The notes under the pieces: generated by a model | Told to the model about the DNA's origin: nothing | What the model saw: the letters and a program-made list of their open reading frames with translations, nothing else | Database searches by the model: none | Position numbers and translations under genes: made by a program | Source: Asterionella formosa | Taxonomy: Eukaryota | Assembly (NCBI GenBank): GCA_002256025.1 | Contig: NKIB01013073.1 | Span: forward strand, 1 to 64,000 | Direction: 5' to 3' | DNA: 64,000 nucleotides | Shown: positions 44,020 through 55,409 of the stretch, piece after piece | Numbering within the stretch: the stretch's first letter is position 1 | How the letters are laid out: every line of letters begins with the position of its first letter

Positions 44020-47000
44020 GCCGGCCAGAGAGCAGAGCCGTGCATCACAATCAACAACAGGTGGACCGTTGAGAGTCCGGAGACAAGATCTGAGGGTACC
44101 AGACCGTCCAGGGTCTGAAGAAGTCACACAAGGCGCATCATGAGTGGCAAAGGAAAGTTCACCAAGAAGGCTCAGACCAAGGGCAAGTTTCAAGCCAAGG
44201 GAGGGAGCATTGCTTCTCACACAATCAAGAAGTCAGTCAATAACTACAACTACTACCTCGGGTCAGCAAAGCAGGCATCTGATTATGAGACTACTACTGA
44301 GTACCTCATCAATCACATCAAGAAAGTGTTCGACTATGGCAGCGACATAGGAACTGCGCTCAAGTTGTTAGAACCAATCAACACATCCGCATGGAAGCCA
44401 AGAATGCAAGTGAGCATTGCAACAACAACAAGATCGCGCTGCAGAGAATCGACAATATGAGATTGAGTTCAAGGCTGACTATGACATCTACAGTAAAAGG
44501 GTACGCACAGGCCTACGAAAATAATAATTCCAAGGCATATGCGTTGCTCTGGGAAAGATGCAACAAAGCCATGAAGAACAAGATCGAAGCGAGATCCAAT
44601 TACAATAGGATCGAAAATAATCCAATAACATTGCTTATGGCAATTAAAGAACACGCATTAAATTTTCAAGAAAATCGATATTCAATGTCGATTATTTTAG
44701 ATGCGATGAGAACTTTTTTGCTTACAAAGCAAAAGGAAGGAGAAAGTCTACAAGACTACACCAAGAGATTTCGTGTGGCATGAGATGTGCTCAAGTCACA
44801 CATGGGAGGACCAATTATCCTCACCAAGTTTGTTGAAGCCATGGACAAATACAACGAGACTGACATCAAGCAAGCTACGAGATAAATTTCGCAAACAAGC
44901 TTTCAGTCAATTTATGGCCTATTTATATCTCGATAATGCCGATAAACCAAATACGGATCAATTATGACCGGGCTGAACACTCAACAATCACTCGGCAACT
45001 ATCAATACCCAAAGAGCATCATCGAGTCGAATAATGTTCTCAGCAAGAACCATCGGTTTGACGTAACAAGAAATAAATCCAAAAGTCACAAGAAACCAGG
45101 AGATCATAATGAAGAGAGAGAACAAAAGGATGCAGGGAAGGAAGACGAAGATGTGAACTTGTCGTTTGCACAGTTAGAAGGAAAATGTTACTGCTGCGGA
45201 AAAGCAGGTCAAAAATCTCCTTCGTGCAGAGACAAGAATAAACCCGAAGATGAATGGGCTATAAACAGGGCCCAAAGCCATGCACAGGCACAGGCTAAGA
45301 ATACATCGGACACAAGTACAGTTACCTCTGTTAATTCCAACAACCCGCCGTCATCACAAGCTTCACAACAAGCAAATGTTAATCAATTTGGATGGGCGGG
45401 AGCTCATATGAAACTTCAATTATACCAAGCATCTGAGATGCATGACTGGATACTATTGGATAATCAATCAAGTGTCACAGTCTTTTGCAATCCAAAAATG
45501 GTTGATAACATTCGAATGTCAACCAATGGAAGCATGCACCTGGCCACAAATGGTGAATCCATGGTCGTCACTAAGATTATGAAGGCTGATCTTCCACAAT
45601 GGGGAAAAGAATGGTTTAATGAGAAGGCAATCACAAACATCTTCAGTTATGCCGAAATGGCAGATAGTACTAGGTACAGAATTACCTACAACTCTGAAAA
45701 AGAAGATGCATTTATTGTTCATTTGCCTGACAAGCCAGTTCGATTCAAAAGAATTGGGATGAACTTAACTTTTTTCAAGCCTCCTACAGCAATTAAAGTG
45801 GAGAATGCTCAAATCTTTAATTCAGTTGAAGAAAGCAAAACATTTTACACTGAGCGTCAATTTAAAAAAGCGAAGTGAGCTCGTGATCTATTTCATGCCT
45901 TGGGTACACCATCAATTAATGATTTCAAGGCAATAATTCGTATGAATACGATCAACAATAATCCAGTTGTGACCACAGATGATATCAAAATTGCAGAGAA
46001 AACTTTTGGACCTGACATCGGAACACTAAAAGGCAAGACAACTCGTCTCAAGCCGCTGCCAGTCGTGAACGACTACATCGAGATTCCTAAGGAGCTTATC
46101 AGAGCTCAACGCAAAGTGACTCTTTGCATGCTGGATGGAATGAAAGTGAATGGACAATCATTTATCACAACAATTTCTCGAAACATTATGTATAGGACAG
46201 CGCAATGGGTCAAGAATCAGACAGCTGAAGTCTATCGAGATGCTTTGACTCAGGTAGCTATTCCGTGTTTATAATACCGGAGGATTTAAAATTTCAGCAA
46301 TTCACTGTGACAACGAGTTTCGATCTTTGATGGAACAAATTTCCAATGAATTTCAAGTCACTATGAACTAAGCAAACCCACAAGAATGTGTTCCTGAAGC
46401 GGAGCGAAATAATCAAGTGATTAAAGAACGCGTGCGCGAAGCTTATCATCGATTACCTTTCAAACATTTGCCACGACTGATGATTAAGATTCTAGTGACA
46501 GAATCTGCAAAGAAACTGAATTTCTTTCCGGAAAAGAACGGGATATCCCCGTATTACAGTCCTCGTATGATTTTACATCAACGAAACCTGGACTATGCTC
46601 GACATTGCCAGTATACATTTGGCACTTATGTCCAAGCACATGAAGAACCTGTGTTTTCAAGCACTAATGCACCACGCAGCCTAGATTGCATTCATCTACG
46701 CTACAATGACAACGTGCAAGGAGGTCATGAGCGAATTATTAAACCTACCTACAAATTCATTGATCACTAGACAAACAGTTACTCCTCTACCACTTACCCC
46801 TGCAATCATGAATCAAGTACATGCCCTTGCTGTGCAGGAAAATATGCCAGATGGTCTCAAGATATCAAATCTAACGGGACAACTTTTTCATGATAGTGCT
46901 TGGATTGCAGGAGTGGATTATGATAATGAAGCATTTGAAGATGCACAAGATGAAGATTATGAAGATCAACAAGTTAGTGAGGACTATGAAAGCAATGATG

Positions 47001-48053
47001 AAATTCTCGGAGAAGATTATGATGAAATGACTCCGGATGAAATATATGAAGCAGAACAGCTCGAATTAAACAACAATATCCAAGAGGATGACCCTGAACC
47101 TGAGGGCAACAATGAAAATAATGTTGAAACGAATGCAGCAGATGAAATCCAAGATGAGGATGAAGAACCAGTAAATAAAAATGAAAATGAAGAGGCAATG
47201 TTAAAAGTCAATCAAAGCACTGAGGATGACACAGACCCAAATGTTAGAACTACAAGGTCTGGAAGAGCCTCAAGACCACCATCAAAACTAACTATGATCC
47301 AACATCATTTGCATACCCAAGCACACTGTCAAGAAGAATACACGACTGATAATGCGAAAGTGATCGCAAAGACAATGTTTTAAATGAATGAGATGTGTAT
47401 CGATAAAGAAGCATTTCACTTTGTTCAGTCATACAGCTTAAGGAAAGTCCAAAGGAAATTTGGCCAGAAAGGAAGAGACGCAAAATTAGTCAAGATCATG
47501 AATTTCTTGAAAGCAGCTCAGAATGAGGTTGCATCTATGAGTGCTGATGACACTCAGAGCATTAAATGGTACGTTGATGTGGCGTTTGCAGTACACAAAG
47601 TTTTTAAAAGTCACACTGGACCTACATTGTCACTTGGAAACGGAACTATTTGTTCTATGTCTACGAAACAGAAAGTGAACACTAGAAGTTCGACTGAAGC
47701 AGAATTGGTTCGTGTCGATGACATTATATCAAAGGTGTTATGGACGAAATAATTTATTGAAGCACAAGCAAGGACATAAGGTGACTACTAGTAATGTCAT
47801 TTACCGTTACAACACTAGCGCAATGAAGCTAGAAGCAAATGGAAAAGCAAGTTCAGGAAAACGCACGCGACATTTCAACATCAAATATTTTTACATTATT
47901 GTTCTTATTGAAAGAAAGGAAGTACAAATTAAGTACTGTTCAACGGATGCCATGCTAGCAGACTACATGACAAATCACTGGTTGGAACGAAATTTATTCA
48001 TTTTCGTCAGCAAATTATGAATTGAAAGTAGCCATCCGTGTCCAGCAGGAGTG

Positions 48054-48335
48054 TGTTGGAGAAATTATTTTAGGAAAGAAAATCCGGTATCAATTACCTA
48101 CTACATATTGAGGAATCGAATGAATCAAAAAGAATACCGGTATGGTACCAGAGAAAACTCAGAATTCGAAAACAATCTACATCAACAGTAAAACCCATAA
48201 TTCTACTAAAACTCTTAGGAACGATTACAATCGATTACTTCAACATCGTTGTTCATATCTACAGCCTATTTGGTCCTTAACGTGTCCTTACAGGATACAA
48301 GAAAGCATAGAGTGCTTCGGGACGCAATTTCAACA
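48054..48335 (+). repeat. 3' LTR (282 bp)
   Basis: TGTTGGAGAAAT...AATTTCAACA; direct repeat of 43716-44004. Confidence 0.96.
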
Positions 48336-51159
48336 ATTTGTTATGCTTCTTGATGCCACTACACCCTTTGCTTTGCAATATGTCTAAGCAGAAACCTATT
48401 CCCAAGATTCCTTAATGACTCAAGAACTTTGGCAAACGGAGTTCCCCAATGAGTCATTCTTTGCTGAAAATGGTGAGGTTGGAGAAATTCCTGATCCTAG
48501 ATGTGAGCGATCAGTTTCTCTAATGGCAGGTTTTGATTTGTCAGGATCCTCCAAGCGCCAAGCAGGCTTTCTTTGGCAATTCTCGACATCTTCATTCGAA
48601 GATATTGAGTTTTTGGAGCAGGGAGTCATAAACTACTGGAAATTTCTCCTCTTGAAGCCAAGAGCATAGAAACAGGGGAAAGTTTAGTACCAACATACTA
48701 GTACATTACTTGATGGAAACAGCATTCCATTTTTCTGTCTTGCCTTTGTCACTCTTCATCCTCACCCATTCCATTCTTACTTTCCTCTTTGCTTATTGTA
48801 GTCAAATCGATACGATGTTGCACACACACATGCTCTCGTCAATTGCTGGCTACGACTCCGACTGCAAGACCATCATGGGTTCAACATTGCACCACATCGA
48901 TTTCTTGGTTGACCGCACCAAAGGTAGCATTTTGGATCTCTAGTATCAATCAACCAAGCAAATGTGGCTTGATGAGTTTGGTTCTGAGTATGTGGTGGAC
49001 GGTGGCATGTATCGAGGCGAACCTCCATCCTCCTATTACAGTGCAGAGTGGCAGCCTACAGGAGCTCCTACAATGGTTGTGGCCAGTGAAATGGGAGCTT
49101 CCTCAACATCATCAAACAGAATTTTGCTACCTTTCAAATGGGCAACTATCTCTGATAATACCTCAGATGGATCTCCTGCCTTCATTGCTCCAACTGACAA
49201 ATCAGAACGCCGTGAAAATCTATGAGGTGAACAATACCGTGAGTATTATGTCCTTGGCAACAAGGTTAACAACATAGTTGGCTAGCTACTATTAGCTACC
49301 TTGAGACGAACGAAGCCCATCAGATAATTTTTTCAAGACTTCTGTTCAGGATCCAATATTAGTTGCATTGATTCCCTGTTACCACTAGTGTCTTAACTGC
49401 TGTTCGCATATGAAGGATTACGTAACAAATAAACCATCTGTCTACAAGCAGATCGGCGTTCTCGAAAAAATGCGTTTTAATGAGTTAAATAGAGATGCAC
49501 AATTGCTCTGTTTTTGTATTTAAATCTAAATTAATTAATTAAAACCAGTTTAACATTAGTTTATTATATTCCATACATGTACATATCGCCAAATGTTGTT
49601 ATACATTGGCCAGCCACTCAACTATTTGTGGGAAACCAATAAAAAGAGTATTTTTCATTTGGTAAACTTTCTACGACGGTTGTTGCACCTAGCTAAATGG
49701 ACCATACTGCCAGATATTTAACAGTTACAATCCTCAAAACGAGCATACCATTGTTTTCTTCCTTCCCATCATTGCCACTTTTGGGGTTGCGCATTCCATA
49801 ATTGAATGCAAGTTGCCGTTGTTCTACTTTTATATCGTACTTTGTACGTATGTTGAGAATAGATGCATCGAAGAAAAATGGGTCCTCAGCATGCATCTGC
49901 ATTTTGCTTGAGATAGTTGTAGCCATGAGTGAAAAACGAAAAAGTCGAAAAACATTTTTTCAAATGTAGTTGCCAAGTCTTTCTATATATATTATATACA
50001 TGGATCCGTAGCTTAGAGCTATTCGCACAATAGGGCAATTGAGCTGGAGAAAATCGTAGGAGTCAAAATGGCCCCAGATAAATTTGAAAAATCGATGCAA
50101 GTAATATTGGACAGAGGGAGTACAGTTTTTACCCAGAACCCTAGCAGTAGTCTACCCATATACTGCGTGCACTCTGATAAGAAAAAATATTACATTATGT
50201 GTATTACAACACAATCATTGTACCCATAAACCAAAAATTTGTGCTCACATGCAACCTTTTTTGTGAATCAAATGTTTGAAGAAAAGAATCCTAATAATTC
50301 TTGTGTTTTTTAGCTAAGTACATATCATTTCATCCTGCCAAAATGAGGGGTCCATTGCTGTCATTTTGATTTTCAACTTCTTTGTCTCTCAGATAATAGC
50401 TGATGTTTGGAATGCTGCCAAGATTTACTGGGAGATGAAAATGTTGAACAATTGCAGCAATTTTATAATTTCAGAGATTCATCACTCATATGTCTGTGTG
50501 TAGAAAACCTTCATAGACTTTGCCTGTGGTGGTTGTGGTAGTGGTTGTGGATTTGGATTTGGATGTGGTGTGACCAATGGTGCTGACTGATCATATCTTG
50601 CCATGCATTTCACTTTACTGTCAGCACCATAAATGTGAGTTGTTTCATTTTTTTATTAGGACAGGCTGCATGGGTTGCTTAATTCATTTGATCGGTTTTT
50701 CAAACATACTGGTTTATCAATTTTTTTACATAAAATAAATCTAGATTGCGCCTTCCAAAATGCCACAAGATGCACTTGATCGTGACTTTTTATGAAGCAG
50801 CAAGGTACACTCTATGTTACAAAAATGAATTTGTATGATGAATAGAAGTACTGGTAGAATTTTTCACGGACGGCGCATGACCTTTTTTCATAGTATTGCC
50901 CCGGCCACCCAATTTCGCGAAAATGTGCCTACTATGTATGAAAATTACCGTAGTTATTCCGAGTACCTGGTGCCGGTACTATAATGCAACAAACATTATA
51001 CCGGTATATAGACTAAACTAGAGTCTTTGGTCCCAGCATGCTTCTTGCAAGTGCACTTCACTCCCCGCTCCATTGACCACCACCAAACGGCAAGAACATT
51101 TTCATTCCTAGCCTATAGTAACGTCTGAACATATCGACATTACCCTATCCAAAGCAACC

Positions 51160-52962
51160 ATGGCACAATCCGTCGAGACCAAAAGCAGCAACAAGAAAAA
51201 GAAAAAGGACCCTGATGGTGAATTGAACGTCGCTCGAGGAAATGTCATTTCCTCCTCCGAATCCAAAAAGCGCCGCATCAAGCTTCTGTCTGCTAAATCT
51301 CCACTTGACCAAGAGCGTATTCAATCATACCTTCAAAGGGACCACCATGCGGAAGAACGCATGGCAGCCATGATACAAGACGATCGAGCACCCAAGTTGG
51401 AGCACTTGACAGAACATCAACGTCGGTCGTTACTCAAACGAAGCAAGGCAGTTCACAAGGATAAGGCACTTTTGGCGAACTTAGAACGGCACGAAACGAA
51501 GCGTTTGGATGCTGCTGTATCCGCAGCGGATGCACAAGTAATACTGAATACAGAAACACCAGGGCTGATTCAAGCCGAGCATGACATGGAGCGAACTACT
51601 AGATTGACTCAACGGGAGTTGAAGAACAACTTCTTGGATGAACAAACAGCGCAACAAATCTATGATTTGAATTTGGATAGCTATGCTCCGTATGGAATCA
51701 AATATGATCGATCAGGCGCTGCAGCTGTGCTTTTTGGAAGAGGCGGCCATGTTGCCTTGATGAACTGTCAACAACGATCGCTAAAAACTGAATTCTATCT
51801 CAACGAACGCGTCCGCGACGCTTGTTTTCTCCACAATACCACTTTATTTGCAACGGCACAAACCAATCACGTCTATATTTATGACGATGCGGGAGCTGAA
51901 ATTCACAAGCTAGATGACCACACCGACCCGACAAGGCTGGATTTCCTCCCCTACCATTGGCTTTTGGTGAGCGTTGGCCGTGCTGGCTATTTAAAATACC
52001 ACGACACCTCCACTGGAACGTTAGTCTCGCAGCATCGTACCAAACTAGGCCCTTGTGATGTAATGCGCCAGAACCCGTCCAACGCCATTATGCATTTAGG
52101 GCACAAGAGCGGCGCTGTGACAATGTGGTCACCTGCATCAAGTACTTACCTGGCCAAACTTTTGTGTCACAAGGGAGCTCCCGTTACCTCGTTGGCAGTG
52201 CAGGGAAATGTTATGGTGACGGGTGGAGCCGACCGGCAGGTGCGCATTTGGGATTTGAGAATGTACAAAGAGACGCATGCGTATTGGACTGCAGCAGGGG
52301 TCCCCACATCGCTGGATATTAGTCAACGGGGGGTGTTAGGGGTGGGACATGCGGGGCACGCTACCTTTTGGAGTCCTGAGGCACTACGAAGTAAGGTGCA
52401 AGACCCGTATATGCATCATGACATGGCGGGATGTAGTCCAATAGAAACGTTGAGATTTCGTCCTTTTGAAGACGTATGTGGGATTGGTCATGCCAAGGGA
52501 ATCAGTTCGATTGTTATTCCTGGCTCAGGAGAACCAAATTTGGACACCAATGAGTTCAATACCAATCCTCACACAGACAAGAAACAACGGCGAGAAGCAG
52601 AAGTCAGAGCTCTTTTGGACAAGTTGAGTCCTGACATGATATCCATCGACCCAGATGTTGTTGGTGGGGTAGAAGCAAGCGATCCTCACAGTCGTTATGA
52701 ACGATTAAAGGACATTCAAGAAGAAGCCAATGCCAAGGTCATTCCCAAGAAGAAGCAAAAGAGCAGGAAACGAGGTCGCAGCAAAATTCAGACTCAACTT
52801 CGCCGCAAGGCGAGGAATGTGGTGGATGAAAATACAGTCAAGTTGCGCGAGGCTCGAAACCAAGAGAAGGCTCAAACGCAGCGCGAGCTCAATACGGAGG
52901 TTGGCGGACACCACCAGACGCCCAAGGATGTAGCACCGACAGCACTCAAACGATTCTTTTAG
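51160..52962 (+). CDS. WDR46: WD-repeat SSU processome protein WDR46/Utp7 (BING4)
   Basis: LDFLPYHWLLVS, MRQNPSNAIMHLGH..GAVTMWSP, LRFRPFEDVCGIGH..GISSIVIPGSGEPN, RREAEVRALLDKLSPDMI, terminal ALKRF. Confidence 0.96.
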   Translation: MAQSVETKSSNKKKKKDPDGELNVARGNVISSSESKKRRIKLLSAKSPLDQERIQSYLQRDHHAEERMAAMIQDDRAPKLEHLTEHQRRSLLKRSKAVHKDKALLANLERHETKRLDAAVSAADAQVILNTETPGLIQAEHDMERTTRLTQRELKNNFLDEQTAQQIYDLNLDSYAPYGIKYDRSGAAAVLFGRGGHVALMNCQQRSLKTEFYLNERVRDACFLHNTTLFATAQTNHVYIYDDAGAEIHKLDDHTDPTRLDFLPYHWLLVSVGRAGYLKYHDTSTGTLVSQHRTKLGPCDVMRQNPSNAIMHLGHKSGAVTMWSPASSTYLAKLLCHKGAPVTSLAVQGNVMVTGGADRQVRIWDLRMYKETHAYWTAAGVPTSLDISQRGVLGVGHAGHATFWSPEALRSKVQDPYMHHDMAGCSPIETLRFRPFEDVCGIGHAKGISSIVIPGSGEPNLDTNEFNTNPHTDKKQRREAEVRALLDKLSPDMISIDPDVVGGVEASDPHSRYERLKDIQEEANAKVIPKKKQKSRKRGRSKIQTQLRRKARNVVDENTVKLREARNQEKAQTQRELNTEVGGHHQTPKDVAPTALKRFF

Positions 52963-53068
52963 GCAGCAAGTGAACACCGTAGCTATATTGGCATGGATTA
53001 TTTATAGACCAAGACTAGTCTAGGAGTGAGTTTATGTTCATCTGTTGTGATAGGGTTTTTATTTGTTC

Positions 53069-55010
53069 TCAGTATGTTTCAAGCACTGCTAGACTCAAGC
53101 CTTGACTAACGACTGGATCATTGCGAAGCAGCTGTAAAAGAGGTTTGATCACAACGTTGCGAATCTCTTCTCTGCTTGTCCCTTCAAGTTGTAAACTTAC
53201 TAGAGGATCGTGAAGACTCTTTCGCAGCATAAAGAAGCCCCCATTTCCAATTCTCACACGAACACCTTCCAAGTTGTCTCGGTCCAGGGACCATGTGCTC
53301 TCGGTGATACAAAATTGCTCCAACGCTAAGGATGCCGCATCAAAGACAGTCACCGTTGTTTCTAACGATTGATCAGTAACATCCATACGAAGCTCTTGAG
53401 TCTCGGGCATTTCTTTCAAACCAGCAATCAAATTCAACAAGCTCGTTCGATCATTTTTGGACCGAGCCAAGAGGCCAATCACTTTGACTGCTGTATAAGT
53501 ACCATCGTCTAGGTAGCCATTTTCTTTCATGGCGCAATGTCCCGAAGTTTCAATGGCCAGCTCTGCATTGGCAATACCCGCTTCTGTCAATTCACGAGCC
53601 TTCCCAATGACGTTGGCATATCCCTTTAGGTATCGGACATGCTGTAGGCCAAGATCATCTTGTAGAAAGGTTGCCAAACCTTCGGATGTGACCGAGTCCG
53701 TCACAACTGTACATCCCGGAGCTGCTTGACTGAATATAACTCCCAACAAGGCAATGAGACGATTTCGATGGAGAGGTTCATAGTTTGAGTTTTGCCCATC
53801 TGCCGTGGTAGATCGAGGCACGACAAAGCCACATCGATCAGCGTCAGTGTCTAGCATAATGCCTATATCGGCATTTGATGCTTCGCATATTTGCGTCGTT
53901 TCGTCTACCATATTCTTAGATTCTGGGTTCGGTATGTATACAGGAAAATCTCCATTTGGTTCAATATGTACTGACGCAGACATGTCAGCTCCAAGTTCTT
54001 GCAAGACCTTGTTAAAGAATCCACCCGAGCCGTGTCCAGCGTTAAGGACAATCTTCAATCCAGCCAAGGGTGCGTGACTAATGGTACCTACTTCTCTCAC
54101 AATAGCGTCCGTCAATGTTTTGGCATAGTGTGGCATCCAGTCTACCCACTCAGTGCAAAAGACCGCCCCCGCTCCAGATGTCGGAGGGATGATGCCCGTG
54201 TCATGCCAATACTGGGCCTGAAGGGCTGCAAGTTCGACCAATCGTGCAATATCACTCTTGCTAAAGCCACCGTCGTTTTTGGTGAATAGTTTAAAGCCAT
54301 TGCGGTCCACTGGTAAATGCGACGCTGTTGCCATGACCCCTCCATCACAAAAGTCGGATCTAACGTGTATCATGAGAAAGCAGCAAAATCGTGAGTTGTT
54401 CCTTCCTCGTCGGCATGTGCCACCTCCCTTCCCCCCTAGTAGTATCAACTCACCTACAAAATTCTAACATGGCAGGCGTTGTGGCAATTCCTGTGTACAG
54501 CACCTGTACCCCCGGGACACTTTGCGCTCCGCGTGCAAATGCATCACTGAGGCGAGGTCCATGCGGCCGAGGATCGGTCCCAAGTCCAATCTTGACCGTG
54601 GATCGCGTTTCTCTGAGCATGGTTGCGAATGCATATCCAAAGCAATGCGCCGCCATTGGAGTTAGGGCTGGTAATGTGTTTGTGGTAATTCTGTGTGCCA
54701 CATTGGCAATGGATCCCACGCGCGCATGGTCTATAAACTGACCCCGAATGTCAGACCCAGATTGCAGCTTTGAGATGGATTGGAGGAGGGTGGAGAGGCT
54801 CGGAGGCATGTTGGAGTCATCGCAGTCGGAGGAGGAGAAGAAGGACGCGACAAAGGCGTCGCTGTCTGTTGTTTTGCTGTTGCTTGGCGACGAGGCGGAG
54901 AGGACCACATTGGCGCTACGACGGGCATGTTGCTGGAATTTAAAACTATGTGCTGAGCTCAATAGAAGCGCTGTGAGCGACAAAGACAGCCGGCTCTTTT
55001 TAGTCATCAT
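53069..55010 (-). CDS. Plastid-targeted phosphomannomutase/phosphoglucomutase (alpha-D-phosphohexomutase); exons 55010-54454 and 54359-53069
   Basis: QSGSDIRG, GTDPR, GIATTPAM, TASHLP (catalytic Ser), DTDADR metal loop, AIETSGH. Intron 54453-54360 (GTGAGT...TTAG). Signal peptide ending AHS-F. Confidence 0.93.
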
Positions 55011-55409
55011 AATCAATATAGAGAATGAGCAAAGGAGTTGATTGACGAAGGAAAGTTGGAACGAGCAAACTTATTCAATTGCTGAACTTTGAATTATGAT
55101 CGAAGTCTAATTTCCATCACACATTCATCAAAGAATTACGGATGTGTCCTACCGGTAGTATTACATAACATCCATGTACGTACTAGGCTGATGGTCCGTT
55201 GATGTCTGCAATCTGGAATCGGCAAAAAGGGTTCGCGAAGAATGGAATGAGATCAGTTTGTTGCAGTATCTGTTCCTTTTAACCGTTAAACCGTTAGCCT
55301 TCATTTTTGCTCTCCCAATTTCCGAATTTGCTCTGCTGGCTCCTTCTGACAAGTATTCCTCATGGCATGTCGGACGAAGAAATTATCTCATTATTATTAT
55401 TTAAAACAC

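Larger units (their letters stand above)
43716..48335 (+). mobile_element. Ty1/copia LTR retrotransposon (diatom CoDi-like), decayed, RT core deleted; 4620 bp
   Basis: Paired TG...CA LTRs; 5-bp TSD ATTTT (43711-15) / ATTTG (48336-40). Order: gag (44140-), knuckle CYCCGKAGQKSPSC, protease ILLDNQS, integrase (GPDIGTLKGKTTR, HCDNEF, PEAERNN), RNase H (YVDVAFAVH, KQKVNTRSSTEAEL, SGKRTRHFNIKYF). Purine-rich CAGCAGGAGTG precedes the 3' LTR. Confidence 0.96.
43667..49230 (+). pseudogene. Glycine-rich-domain-protein (GRDP/DUF1399)-like pseudogene split by the copia element (pieces 43667-43715 and 48341-~49230; intron 48701-48801)
   Basis: CCLAPKHYEEYVIGRF continues in frame as VMLLDATTPFALQ once the element and one TSD copy are removed. 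Then TQELWQTEFPNESF, DL..SSKRQAGFLWQ, NYWKFLLL, VPTYQIDTMLHTHMLS, GGMYRGEPP; several stops. Confidence 0.75.

Noticed and set aside
44781..44783. In-frame TGA as programmed readthrough or selenocysteine
   Set aside because: The element has many other lesions; CGA-to-TGA decay is simpler.
49300..50900. Possible transposon remnant downstream of the GRDP pseudogene
   Set aside because: No recognisable transposase motif or paired ends.
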